Source of the DNA: Octopus vulgaris
Lineage: Eukaryota
Assembly (NCBI GenBank): GCA_951406725.2
Contig: OX597817.1
Coordinates: 94,860,001 to 94,924,000, forward strand
Length of the DNA: 64,000 nucleotides
Direction of reading: 5' to 3'
Below the pieces are notes generated by a model that was given only the letters and a program-made list of their open reading frames with translations, was not told the origin of the DNA and did not search any database. The translations under genes and the position numbers were made by a program. Every line of letters starts with the position of its first letter. Position 1 is the stretch's first letter. Below, piece by piece: positions 42,193-55,718 of this stretch.

Positions 42193-45100
42193 CTGACAGA
42201 TCCCGTCTTTTTCCCTTTCTTTTCTTTTCCTTCTCCGTATTTTATTCTCATTATTTCGAACTAATACAGGCAGAGTAAGCCTTGAAGAAAGGAAGAGGAG
42301 AAAAAAAAATGTTCGGAGATAAAACTATCAACAAAAAAAATACAGACGAATATAGATCTGCTAGTCTTAAAAAGCTGCGCTATGAGTAATGCTTACATGT
42401 AGAGAACCCTAAACTGACAGATCCATCTCCTAATATAAGAATGGATGCTCGTCATGCTTCAAGGTCAACAAATGAAACAATAAACCGCATTGGTCGTTGC
42501 GCGGATTACAAAAGACCACGTACCCGAAAATTGAACCAAATTCTGATTGAAAAATCAGCTACTGGATCAAATCTTCCCAACACACAGGAGCTGGACATAC
42601 CCCACAACCAGAATATTCCAACAGATGGCCATCCATGCTCATCGCCAAATAATCAAAAGAAAAAGAAGGAGAAATGGTCTAGGGAAGATAATAAAGAAGT
42701 TCTTGAGGCCTTCTACCATGCCATATATTTCCCAACAGATAAATCTAGCACTGTACAAGCATACTTAAACTGGAGACAGAAACACCCTGAAGTAAGACCC
42801 TACATAGACAGTAACAAACTTGCCAACTTCAGAGGAAACATTATAAAAAAAAAAATTACTGACTGAAGTAGAGATTGATCAAGTTAGACAAGCAATATCG
42901 GATAAAATGAACGAAGCTGCAGCTAGAGAAGATAATACAGAGGAAATAATTATAGACCAGCCCAGGGCTGATAAAAACGAAGTGAGGATTGAAAGAGTTA
43001 GTATAAGTGATAGGCAAAGTGAAATACTCCCTGAACCAATCATAAACACTAAGACAGATGAGCATCAAATAGATAAAGGAAGTCACACAAATATTGACCC
43101 AACAGAACTACATGAGCTAAAAAATCAAATCATGATTGAATGGCTGAAAATTAAAGAAACCAGCATGGATGAACGTGATACACTTCCTAAAATCCGCAAC
43201 TCTAACCAAAACATGAAAATAATTGGGAAAATCCGGCTTGCACTTAAGGATATAATTTCAGCTAATGATGTTGATATCACAAACCTCAACCACCTATACT
43301 ATGCATCCGCGAAAATCTCAACGATCCTATGTGGTGTAAAGATTAGAAAACGGCAACATTCCCACAGAAAGCCTTCTTGGCAAGAGCGTCTGCAACAACA
43401 AATTAAAATATTTAGATCTGACATTGAATATTTGAAAAACCTTAAGGCTCACAAGACTACCAAACCTACAAAAACCCAAAAATTACTGAAAAAATACAAT
43501 ATGAAAACTATACTTGATATTGATGCCACCATAGAAACCATCAAGCAAAAGGTATATGCCAAAGCTGCCCGCATAGCGAGGTATGAAAAGCGTGTTAGAT
43601 TTTTCAAGGACAACAACATGTTCAAAAATAACACCAAGAATTTTTACAGAAAGATAGGAAAAACAGCGTTTACTGCAAGGTCTGTACCATCAAAAGAAGA
43701 AGTGCAGGGATTTTGGAATAAAATCTGGGCAGAAGAAAAAATACACAACGAAAAGGCCCCCTGAATTGACAGAATATCTACAGAACTGGACCCCTTAGAA
43801 GAGCAAAAGTGGGAGGGTGTCAAGGTAGAAGATATAAGATCTGCTCTCAGGAGGTCAAGCAAATGGAAGTCTCCAGGAAAGGATAAAATTCGTAACTTCT
43901 GGCTGAATGCCTTCCCAGAGAGCCATGAACTGCTAACAGAACTGTACAATGATGTTTTGCAACACCCTAGTAGGATGCCTCCTTGGCTAGTTAATGGGAT
44001 AACATTCCTGCTTCCAAAAAGTGAAGAAACAAATGAACCAAAAAACTATAGACCCATAACCTGCTTAACAACTATGTACAAAACACTAACATCTGTCCTG
44101 ACGGAATATACCTATAGTTTTTTAACAGACAGCAGCATATTCCCTAATGAACAGAAAGGATGTAAACGTGGATCCTACGGCTGTAAAGATCAACTACTCA
44201 TCAATAAGATGATCTTAGAAGATTGTCACAAACGACACAAAAACTTATCAATAGCCTGGATAGACTATAAAAAGGCTTTTGATAGCCTACCACATAGCTG
44301 GATTAGGAAATGCCTGGAAATGTATAAGATAGCACCTACTCTGCGAAACTTCTTGAATGTAAGTATGAGATCATGGAGAACCAGACTAACTCTGAACAGT
44401 GACAATGAATCCCTAAATGCTGGTGATGTAAACATTTCGTGTGGCATTTTCCAGGGTGACTCACTGTCACCACTCCTCTTTTGTTTATCCTTAATACCTC
44501 TCTCAAAGCTGCTCAATGACGCACAGTACGGGTATAAAATGTTTGATAAAAATATAAATCATCTCATTTACATGGATGATTTAAAGCTTTTTGCAAAAAA
44601 TGACCAACAACTCAAGGGCTTACTAGCGATAGTCAAACAATTCAGTGACGACATCAGAATGCAATTCGGCCTCGATAAATGTGCAAAAGCTACCTTTATC
44701 AAAGGAAAAATGACAGAAACATCTAACGTTAACCTTGACCAGCAGAATGTCATAAAAGAACTAGACCCAGGGAACGGAATAAGGCATTCAGAGATGAAGG
44801 AAAGGATCAGGAGAGAATGCTATCGACGAGTGAGAGCAATACTCAAGACAGAGCTGAATGCAAGAAACAGAATCGAAGCGATCAATGCATTAGCCATACC
44901 AGTCGTGACTTACAGTTTCAATATTGTTAACTGGTCAATTACTGAAATATGTCAGCTCGACAGAAAAATAAGGAAACTGTTGACAATGCATAGAATGCAC
45001 CACCCTAAGGCAGATACAGAACGACTCTATCTGCCAAGAAAAGAGGGAGGCCGTGGTCTTTTGCAACTGGCAATAACAATGAAGATTGCTACAATTGGCC

Positions 45101-46285
45101 TAGACACCTACCTGAAAAAGTCTGAGGACTGGATGTTAAAACTTGTCTCAAAACATGAAAACAAGAAAGCATCATACTCAGTCACAAAACAGGCAAAGGA
45201 ATATCTAAGTGAATTCCGAATACAACCAATTTCGGAATTAGAGATAGACATACAAGAAACAAGCACAGAAAAAGCTAGGCGCATGAAAACCCGTGCCAAA
45301 ACTGCGGCCTTAGATATTCTGAATAATAAATGGCAAGAAAAACCTCTCTATGGCAAATACCCAAAGAGAGCGAATAATGCAGATATCGACAAAGCCCTGA
45401 CCCATCAATGGCTAATGGCCTCTGGCTTAAAATCTGAAACAGAGGGGTTTATCATAGCAGCTCAAGATCAATGCCTACCAACAAGAAACTACCAGGCCAA
45501 CATATTAAAGAACGGCAGTAGCCCAACATGTCGTGTATGCCGACAACAAAATGAAACCATTGATCATGTTGTCTCCAAATGCAGTCTTCTAGCGCCTACA
45601 GAGTACCTCAATAGGCATGATAGAGCTGCACAATATATTCACTGGGTAATTTGCAAAAACCTGGATTTGCCCCATGAAAAAAACTGGTGGGAACACAATC
45701 CACCTCCAGTGCTTGAAAATGACCACATCTCACTCCTCTGGAACTTCACCATTCAAGCTGACAGGAAGATAGATGCAAATAGGCCAGACATCATATTGAA
45801 AGAGTTCAGACAAAGAATATGCCTCCTCATTGATATGACTGTCCCAATCGATATAAACGTATCTGTCAAGACCTACCAAAACCTGAGCAAATATAAAGAT
45901 CTTGAAATAGAAATCAGCAAAATGTGGAAGCTGAAGACTAAAACAATACCTGTTGCCATAGGTGCCCTGGGAATGATAGCGAAAGGGACTGATTGCTACC
46001 TAACTCAGATACCAGGAAACCCCAAAATGGCAGAAATTCAAAAGATAGTGCTCATGGGAACTGCTCATATTCTACGCAATATACTCTCTATGTAATCCCA
46101 AGGTTTAAAACAAACTTTTTTTTTCTTATTTTTATTTTTTTTTTATGTATTAGACATTCACTAGTACAACACCAACAAAAAAAAAACCAAATATATGGCA
46201 CAGAACTTCCAATCTGTTGTCTCTTGAGGTCTCTGGGTGAGACTTGGAGCCAACTTGTACAGACATAAAGCAAAAGTCAAACATA

Positions 46286-46287
<2 letters not shown>
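42193..46287 (+). mobile_element. Near-full-length R4/Dong-like non-LTR retrotransposon
   Basis: A single long ORF 42441-46095 broken by one frameshift (about 42850) and one TGA (43762). RT, CCHC and RLE domains; TAA-rich 5' flank and (TAA)n 3' flank. The 5' boundary is approximate. Confidence 0.9.
43765..46095 (+). pseudogene. RT - zinc knuckle - restriction-like endonuclease reading frame of the R4/Dong-like element
   Basis: NYRPITCL, WIDYKKAFDS, GIFQGDSLSPLLF, YMDDLKLF, CRVC...HVVSKC, RHD, NRPDII...IDM. The YKYLG segment appears deleted near 44770. Confidence 0.88.
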
Positions 46288-46342
<55 letters not shown>

Positions 46343-46744
46343 TAATAACAACAACAACAACAACAACAACAACAATAATAATAATAAAGCATTATACTCT
46401 GAGGAAAAAGAGATCTCAACAAAATCTAACTTTATACTTAAACTCTTGCCTTATTTTTAACGGCATTGAATTGATAAAACAATTACCTTTAACAGAACCG
46501 GGATTCAAAATGTAGTTATACGCTATTTTATTGGACACGCGACCGTTTCTGCCATTCATAAGTCCATTATAATGAATTTTTGATTTTTGGTTAAATTGAT
46601 GGTATCGACATCCCCTCAAAAATTACAGGCCTTGTGCCTAAATCAGAAACCGTAGTAGCGTCAGATACAACACACAAAGGTGATCGATACTACTCCAAGA
46701 GAATATGAGGCATTATCAAGAGAGAAAAATTAATTAGAATTCAG

Positions 46745-47135
46745 TACGTCTGTGGCTCGGTACCTGAAGAGATAGGGCCATGCTATCCAACAACGTCGTG
46801 GAGCGATGTACGAACAGACTGGCTAAACTGCTCGGGACTTGGTCTGATCCAGACCTCCAGGTGGGCAAGAACTGCGAAGAGATGACAAGCAGGGTGGTTA
46901 GTCTCCACCAGAAATGAGCAGAGAGGAAATAACCTCTGAATGGCCGGGTGAAGGCGGCGAATACTTACATTGCATCCGTCATATATTATTATCTGACTGT
47001 CGTGTCTTTCCCCGCTTCATAGCTGACCAAAACGGAGCTGTTGCTCTTCTGCTTCCCGCGGTGAGAACAAGTTCCGCGGGCTAGACGGTCCATTAGCTGT
47101 CAATATCAGTTGCATGAAGGACTAGGCATGCCGCG
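46745..47135 (+). mobile_element. L1/Tx1-like LINE ORF2 fragment (post-RT region)
   Basis: KLLGTWSDPDLQVGKN...ERK*PLNGRVKAANTYIASVIYY, resembling the LG.W...W..R.LSL.GR pattern. Confidence 0.6.
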
Positions 47136-47237
47136 TACCGCGGTGTAATTGTGTCATTTATTAAATTAGGAAAATATTTATTAGGTTAGGGCAAGGAAAA
47201 GGGTTTGGGTTTGTTGTAATTGCGAAGAAATACTTAC

Positions 47238-47426
47238 TTGGTGATTTTGGCCGAGTTTCTCGATCATAGACTTCAGGTACCATACCGTGGGGCAACTACT
47301 TTTAATGGGGTGCCTAAAATTCCTGTTCAAATCACGTCCGACTAATGAACACCGATAGTTGCCGATTATAACCCCATCTGGGTTTAACATGGGAACTATT
47401 TTAAAGATGAACTTCTTACGCAATTC
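47238..47426 (-). CDS. AGBL2: Cytosolic carboxypeptidase 2/3-like exon (PMLNPDG...GNYRCSL...DLNR)
   Basis: tttttgcag / gtaagta, 63 codons: [37 protein letters not shown]...QNHQ. GNYRCSLxGRDLNR is the CCP2/3 type rather than the CCP1 type. Confidence 0.95.
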
Positions 47427-48155
47427 CTGCAAAAACCAAAACCAGTTAAATACATGAGAATATTGATTTATATATTAATTCATCTTTAATATTAATATTC
47501 TCGTGTCACCGAATACTAGGCCTTTTGATTTGTATGTGGCATAAACCTGGTAATATGCACTGTTAATTGTCCTACTCGCAAACCGACTTTTACACTGCTA
47601 AAATGTTATTAATTTATAAATAGACAGATATTCGACTAGTAAAACCATCTTATCTAGAGACAGTATTAACAATAAATATATTTTTTATTCTTTAAAAATG
47701 TAATGGATTCTCTTTCATGATAAATAACCATAGATTTCTCCACGCACCACTAGCATCTGTCAAAAATACTATAACCTATCATCCTTAAATATAATTACTC
47801 AAATTATTTGTTTAAAATAAATAATTCTAAAATTATATTATATTATGAATATGTATAAATTTATTGCTTTCGTAGCAAGCTACGAAATTCTTACATTCAC
47901 CTGATTTCCTGTAATTCAGTCCGTCTCATGTTTCCAGCGGACAAAATGGAAAAAGCATTGTGCAGAAGATGGCGAGGGACGTGCGCTAGATCAGCCACTG
48001 ACACGGGGCTCGCACTTGTCCATAGCCATCTCCGCTCCGGTAGCGGTGAGCAGGAATATGGACCGGGGACCGAGAACACCGGAGATTCCACTGCTACGCA
48101 CGCGCGCGTGTGTAAGTGAATAGCAGGTTTTAGCCATATCATTACGGAACCTCAC

Positions 48156-48280
48156 CTGTGCTGCCACATGAGGACTAGTCAGAAAATACAGGATTCCTTT
48201 CATCATCCAGCTTGACTGTGATTCTCCAGGATGGACACGAGCTGACAGTACTACAGCTTGTTTTTCTTCATCACTTGTAT
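48156..48280 (-). CDS. AGBL2: Cytosolic carboxypeptidase 2/3-like (M14) exon carrying the HPGE zinc ligands
   Basis: Acceptor ttaatag, donor gtgagg. Translates TSDEEKQAVVLSARVHPGESQSSWMMKGILYFLTSPHVAAQ; phase 1 to 0. No upstream exon was found in 48281-64000. Confidence 0.93.
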
Positions 48281-49103
48281 CTATTAACGAACATAAATAA
48301 AAATAAACAAATATAAATTAACAAACAAATATGAATTAACAAACAAGTATTAATTAACAAATATAAAACACAGGAAGCGGTGTATGCAAATATATCTAGT
48401 GATGTGTATGAATACATATGCATGCGTGTTTGTGCGTCTGTGTGTTTCTGTATGTGTGTATATGTTATACTACACACATATACAAGCATACACTTATACA
48501 CACATACATTCTTCTTCAGCATACCTTGCTTTGGTCGACAGATTTGAATCACACCATATCCTTTCTTCACTTACACATATCGCTTCTCCTTTATTGCTAC
48601 TCACTCTTTATCTCACCAGCAGGGTTTAACTCTTAATCTTCCCTTGTTTCATTGATTGTTTTTCGTTCTCACTTCTCTTTCTGTCTGTCTTCCTTTTTCT
48701 CTAATGAAAAATAAATGTCCGTTAAAACTCTCTTTCGCGCTCTCTCCTTGTCGCTATCACTCTTCAGTAAAGCATTGAATTGACACCATATTTGTCAAAC
48801 TTGCCCTTCCTCTGTTGTCTGCTTTAATAGTCATTGTCATTATGCCATATGCGAGTGTATGACTGTATACTTCTGGCAAGAGATATAGTAATTTAGGAGT
48901 TCATAGCTTATGAATGGTTTGTTAAATATATATGTGTATGTGTGTGTGTGTGTGTATGTGTGTGTGTGTGTGTATACGCGCGCATGCATATATATCTATG
49001 TATGAGTGTTTATATATAGGTATAGATATGTTTATACATATAACAGATACATACGCACACACACACACATGTATACATACATACGCGCGCACACACACAC
49101 ATA

Positions 49104-49290
49104 TTGGGTTGGCAACTAAGTTCCCACGGTTTTTTTTAAAATTTAAATTATTTAAAGGGTTTAATAAAGGAAATATCAACTAATTAATCAATAATATATC
49201 CACCCTTGTTATTTACAACTTCTTCCCAACATTCAACAAGATTTTTCAATCTCTCGTTGGTAGAAATCACCCGATTTCGACTCGGAAAAT
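49104..49290 (-). mobile_element. Mariner remnant (TIR plus transposase C-terminus)
   Basis: TA|ttgggttggcaactaagt TIR-like end; minus strand reads DFYQREIE/LVECWEEVVNNKGGYIID*. Confidence 0.65.
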
Positions 49291-49440
49291 TGATCCTCCG
49301 CGCATTGCATTTGAAAGAGATCGAAAGAGGTGGAAATCCGTTAGTGGCATCTTGGGCAAGTCCCTTCTACTATAGCCTCGGGCCAACCAAAGCCTTGTGA
49401 ATGGATTTGGTAGGCGGAAACTGAAAGTGTCATATATATG

Positions 49441-49511
<71 letters not shown>

Positions 49512-49722
49512 GTGTGTGTCCGTGTTTGTCTCTCTAGCATTGCTTGACAACCGATGCTGGTGTGTTTATGTCCCTGTCATTTAGCGGTTCGGCAAAAGAG
49601 ACCGATAGAAAAAGAACTAGGCTTACAAAGAATAAGTCCCGGGGTCGATTAGATCGACTAAAGGCGGTGCTCCAGCATGGCCGCAGTCAAATGACTGAAA
49701 CAAGTAAAAGAGTATATATATA

Positions 49723-51062
49723 CATGGGCTGGGCAAATTAATGGAAGCACCTTAAAATTTCAAACAAATTTATTCTAACATGGGATAGGACCAGGGATTA
49801 CTGCTTGACTTCTACGCAGTATGGACTCGTACAAAGTTTGAATTGTTTCCAAAGGAATTTTTGTCCATTCTCCAGCTAAAATAGTCTCCAGTACTTGTAG
49901 TGATGATGGTGGAGGATATCGACTCCTTACTTGTTTTTCTAAAATGCACAATAAATGTTCAATAATATTGAGGTCTGGGGACTATGGTGGCCAGATAATA
50001 TGTTCAACTTCACCAGAATGTTCCTCGTGCTATTCAGTAATAACTTTAGTTGTGTGAATTGGTGCAATATCATCCTGAAAGATTGCGTTTCCTTCCTGAA
50101 ACAGTTCCGCAACCATAGGGTGAATTTGATCAGATAAAATGCTTAAATAGTCTTGACTATTAATTCTGCTATGAAGGGAAATTATTGGGCCAGCGGATTT
50201 CCAAGATATTGCCACACACACACGCACTTCCAGATCATCACAGATCCTCCTCCATGTTTAACAGTTGGAAGAAGGCAATCTAGGTCAAATGCTTCTTTTG
50301 GCTGTATCCACACGTTACTCGGTCGGTGGTCGGAAATAAGGTAAAGAATGACTCGTCCAAGAAAATAACATTCTTCCACTGCTCTAGGGATCAATTCTGT
50401 AGGATTTTTAAACCAATCTAAATGCTTTGCAACGTTTGTTTTTGAAAGTAGTGGTTTTCTGATTGCAGCCTTCCCATGAAATCCAGCTTTGTGCAGTTCC
50501 CAGCGAACAGTTTTTGTGGAAACTGGGTTCTCGACGTGGTCTGCAGTAATTTTGGGAGCTGTAATCTTGTGAGACTTTCTAACAATTCGCGTAAGTCCGG
50601 TGGTCCCTATCTGAAAGTTTTAGTTTTCTTCCGGAGCTTTGTTTCGACGAGGAGGTTTTCCCTCTTTCTCAAAAGCTGCCATTACCTTCGAGACAGTACT
50701 TCTTGATACAACAAACATTTCGGTTGTCTTCGTTACCGTAGCGCCTACCATACGACCTCTTTGAAAGTCCGATAGATCTGTCATTTTAATGAATTTTAAT
50801 TACCATTTTCTGATGATATCGGAAAAGAAACATCAGTTTAAGCAAAGCACTAATAATAAATAAAAAAAACTTAAAAATAAACAAGTTTTTGGTTGCAGGA
50901 GTGGCTGTGTGGTAAGTAACTTGCTTACCAACCACATGGTTCCAGGTTCAGTCCCACTGCGTGGCATCTTGGGCAAGTGTCTTCTGTTATAGCCCCGGGC
51001 CGACCAATGCCTTGTGAGTAGATTTGGTAGACGGAAACTGAAAGAAGCCTGTCGTATATATG

Positions 51063-51093
<31 letters not shown>

Positions 51094-51365
51094 TTGTGTT
51101 TGTCCCCCTAGCATTGCGTGACAACCGATGCTGGTGTGTTTACGTCCCCGTCACTTAGCGGTTCGGCAAAAGATACCGATAGAATAAGTACTGGGCTTAC
51201 AAAGAATAAGTCCCGGGGTCGATTTGCTCGACTAAAGGCGGTGTTCCAGCATGGCTGCAGTCAAATGGCTGAAACAAGTAAAAGAGTAAAAGAGTAAAAG
51301 AGTGAGAGTATTTCAAAATTATGATGCTATGATGCTAGGTGTTTCCAATATTTTGCCCAACCCCC
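49723..51365 (-). mobile_element. Tc1-like transposon interrupted by a SINE
   Basis: Homologous to 20531-21783 (PTVKHGGGSVMIW, FQDD); both degenerate TIRs present; SINE at 50895-51300. Confidence 0.88.
50895..51300 (+). mobile_element. tRNA-derived SINE with internal microsatellite (most abundant family here)
   Basis: tggctgtgtggtaag (A box), ggttcagtccc (B box), cttgggcaagtgtcttct body, (TA/TG)n middle, (gtaaaaga)n tail. Fragments near 19755, 28695, 32860, 33803, 49341, 52410, 52570 and 62745. Confidence 0.88.
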
Positions 51366-51420
51366 ATATATATATATGTGTGTATGTGTGTGAGTGTGTG
51401 TGCGTGCGTGCGTGTGTGTG

Positions 51421-51484
<64 letters not shown>

Positions 51485-51864
51485 TTATAGTTATGGTATG
51501 TTCGTTAAGAACGTAATAGAGTATAGTATAAAGCTCGTCCACCTTCAGATTTACTCTGTAATATCCAGTAGTAGTACTATACGTACTTTGCGTTTGGGCA
51601 TCAGTCGGATGGGAATATATAATTAAAAAAACTGGAGTCAACAAGAAGGGGTGCGATTGGACATTTATTTTTTAATCCCTACAATTGTTTCCAAGCAACG
51701 TAGTTCTCCAGGTGTGTAGGTATTTGATTATGCAACTGTTTCTCTGCATTATGAGATCTAGTTGTGTTTCCTCAGATAATATGTAAATATTGTCTCCGTA
51801 AGTTTAAAATCCTCGGCTTCAAGAACATCCTCTCTGTCTGTTGTGGCCTGAATTTTTTCAGTTA

Positions 51865-52160
51865 TATATATTTTTTATATACCCAGGCCTATTCCCCATT
51901 TTTTAGAAGGGAGTAGTCTCAACAAAACACACCAGGCATTCCATTCATTTTCCAGCGAGCCCCGTCCTATGCTCAGGTCAAGACATCCGTCCACAAACAC
52001 TTGGAAGCTTTCCTATCATTTATAAACTCTCTTGCCTTTCTCACTCCAATACCTCTAACCACCAAAGCTTTCCTCAGTTGTATGAGGGTGTGATTGTGCC
52101 GACAATGTTATATGGTGCAGAGACGTAGGGTCTGAGAGAGGCGGAAAGGAGGCAACTATG
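51865..52160 (-). mobile_element. RTE-like LINE 3' end with an inverted 5' segment
   Basis: Plus strand 52078-52160 reads LYEGVIVPTMLYGAET*GLREAERRQL; minus strand from 52075 reads RKALVVRGIGVRKAREFINDRKA followed by a UTR-like stretch. Confidence 0.6.
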
Positions 52161-52773
52161 CTACAAGGTTTGCAAATCTAACAGACCCTCAAAAGATATT
52201 TTAAGATCCACAAAGATCAGGATTTATCTGCAGCTCTTGGTGGTCCAAATCGGATATGCAGTCTTTGTGGGTGTCTTTTCAGAACATTGTCTGGTTAAAA
52301 AAGCCAAATCAGATGCATTGATATATATATATATATACATACATACATACATACATACATACATACATACATACATACATACATACATACATACATACAT
52401 ACATACATACACTTGGGCAAGTGTCTTCTACTATAGCCTCGGGCCGACCAAAGCCTTGCGAGTGGATTTGGTAGAGAGAAACTGAAAGAAGTCCATCGAA
52501 TATATATATATACAAACAGAAACACCGGCATTGATCGGGATTAAAATGAAATAGTTTTTTTTATTGTATTACATGTTTCAGTCATGTGACTGCGGCCATG
52601 CTGGAGCACCGCCATTGATCGAACAAATCGATCGCAGGATTTATTCTTTGTAAGCCTAATACACACACACACACAAATTTACACATATATACGACAGTCT
52701 TCTTTCGGTTTCCGTGTACGAAATCCACTCGCAAGGTTTTGGTCGGCCTTATCTACTAATATACATACACATA

Positions 52774-52850
<77 letters not shown>

Positions 52851-52855
<5 letters not shown>

Positions 52856-55646
52856 TTAGATAAAACTTAGATATGTTTCGACCAAAGATTGGTCTAGGCC
52901 ATGTCTAACTCAATAGCACCACCTGATAGGATTATTCGAATCCTGTTTAAGTCAAGTTTTGTTTATGGTCCATTCAAGTAGTGAGTTCTTGTTGGGTGAG
53001 TTGTATCCAATTATGGGTGGCTTATCGGGTATTCTTTGAAGGAATCTATCCAGACTCCGTTTAAAGCTGATGGGATCCTTTTCCTCTTTGATCTCTTTCA
53101 GGACAATGTTAAATAGGGCAGGGCCTGTTGAGGAAAAGAAATTATGTTGCAGTGTACATGTATGCTGTGATCTTGAATTGGGCAGGGGACGTATGGCCCG
53201 TGGTCCCAGTCTTGGATGAACACTGAAGCTAATGTTCAGGTCGTTTGGGCAAAGTTGGCGGTATATTCTCCACATCGTACAAATGATGTACCGCTCACGG
53301 CGACGCTGGAGAGAGTAAAGTTTCAAGGCTTTAAGGCGATCCCAATAATCGAGAGCAGCAATGCCTTCAATTCATTTAGTGAGTGCCCTCTGGGGTGACT
53401 CAATCCTCGAGATGTTTTGTCTTGTATGGGGAGACCACAGTGGGCAGCAGTATTCGAGGTGTGGCCGTACAAAGGAGGAGAAAAGTGGTATGATGACACC
53501 TTGTTCTCTGGACCGGAAAGTTCTTAAGATCCAGGAACTCAACCTACGAGCTATATCGACCTTCTTGTTGATGTGTGCACTCCAACTGAGATCGTCGTCA
53601 ACAATTACACCCAGGTCTCTGATATTGTTAGAGGCTGTGAGCGGTTCCCCTGAAGGAAGAGAGTATGGCTGTTTTAGTGAGGAACTTCTTTCAAAATGCA
53701 TCAGCTCAAATTTTCCCTCGTTCAGTTGCATTTTGTTTCTGTCTGCCCATTGACTCACAGCATATAGATCAGACTGGAGTTGAGTTCGGTCTGCTTCTTC
53801 ATTGACGATTTGCTGGAGCTTAGTGTCATCAGCAAATATTTTCACTTTGCAGTAATGTACGACACTGGAAAGGTCGTTTATGTAAAGTATGAAGAGTAGC
53901 GAAGCCAAGACAGTCCCCTTAGGGACACCGCTGGTGACTTTTGCTGGGCTTGAGTGGACTCCATCAACTACAACATGTTGTGTTCTATTCGCCAGGAAAT
54001 ACTTAATCCAGTGTAGAACTTTTCCACGAATTCCAACATTTGCCAATTTTGAGAGTAGGATATTATGGTCTACCCTGTCGAAGTCAAGATATATGACGTC
54101 AGAATTCGAACATGTTCCCAAGACTTTGAGTACATCTTCAATGTGGTGTTAGAGCTGTGTTAGACAGTCCCTGCCACAGCGAAAGCCATGCTGATTTGCA
54201 TTTAGGAGTTTGTGGGTCTCCAGGAAGTCAGCTATCCTTGATCTTAACACTCTTTCAAACACTTTAATGATGTGGGAGGTGAGTGAGATTGGGCGATAGT
54301 TGAGTGCGAGAGGGATCTGTTTCCCTGTTTGAAAACCGGGATGACTGACTGGGATAAAAACTGTTTCGGTATATAACCTGCGTCTAACGAATTTCTCCAG
54401 AGGTTGGTCAGAGGGACTGCAAGTTGGTGTTTACATTCCTTCAGGAGACTAGCGGGAAATCTATCAGGGCCTACAGCAGAGTAGTATTTGACCTCATCTA
54501 TTGCTGCTACGATGTCAGTGGCAGTGAAGGTTATGTCTGAGATTTTATGTTGGGAGTCAACTTCGTTCGCTTCTCTTACGTCAATATCAGTGGGAACACT
54601 AAAGACAGAGCAGTATTGTTTCTGCAGTATTTCTGCCATTTCTTTAGCATCGTGTTGGGGAATGCCGTTATCATCAATCAATGGCCTAATGGGTGAGACA
54701 GTGGTTCTATACTTATTTGCATGAGAATAGAACACTTTTGGGTTCTGTTTGATGTTTTTGATTACCCACTGTTCCTCCACAGCTCTTTGATTTTCAATGG
54801 AGGTTTTCATGTCGGTCTGCAGATGAAGTTTTTCCAGCTCTAGCCTTTTCATTGTTGTTGAATGTGGATGTTGTGTGTGGGAATATTTTAATTGGTTGAT
54901 TTTTTTGTTGAGTCTTTTGATGCGCCTGATGAGTGTTTTTTTTTCTTTTTAGGGAGCCGGTTTCTGTATGTGTTAGTAGATTTCGTGGGAGCGTGTTTAG
55001 AGCATGTATAGGTGACAATGTTTTCAAAGTGCTGCCATGCGGTCTCAATATGGGTGGAATTGAGAGTAAAAGACCAGTCGATAAAAGACAGATCTTTTCT
55101 GATTGCTCCCCAGTCCGCTTTGTGGAAGTTTATGTTGTCAAATGGATGCCATGGAGTGGGATTGGCTGGTTTGGTTTTTATATATCGGGAATTAAAATTG
55201 CAGAGTATCATGTCGTGGTCTGAGAGGAGAGATTTTTCAACTGAAAAACTGTGAACGAAGCTAGAGTGATTGGTTAATACCAGATCCAAGATCGTTTTAT
55301 TCTGTCTCGTTGGTTCGAGCACTAGCTGAGTCAGGAAGTATTCATCCATTAGATTAAAGAGCAGCTCTGCTGCTGCTCTATCAGATGTAGAGCATTTGTC
55401 TAACTTCAGAGTATTTGTGGGCCAGTTCACATGAGGGCGGTTAAAATCACCCATCGCTAGTATGTTTCCGGAGTGGTACTTCCGAAGGAAGGACTTGACT
55501 TTGCTAAGGCACTCTTCAAAGCACTTTAGAGGTGCTTGGGGAGGCCTGTAAAGACCAACAATGATTATGTCCTTGGCCTTGCTGAATAGTGATACCGATT
55601 CACAGTAGCCATTGGAAAATATGTCCTTGGCATCAAGTGAAAAGGA

Positions 55647-55647
<1 letters not shown>
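52851..55647 (-). mobile_element. 5'-truncated CR1-like LINE (APE endonuclease + RT)
   Basis: VGLYRPP, MGDFN, LDLVLT, SDH, GPDRFP, DVIYLDF, SGVPKGTVL, YINDL, FADDTKL, RDLGV, PHLEYC, LQRRRER. (TA)n on both sides. Confidence 0.92.

Positions 55648-55716
<69 letters not shown>

Positions 55717-55718
<2 letters not shown>

Noticed and set aside
51665-51780. CTGAGGA...GAAA caattg TA on the minus strand
   Set aside because: Palindromic stem III is present but stems I and II do not pair; too decayed to call.
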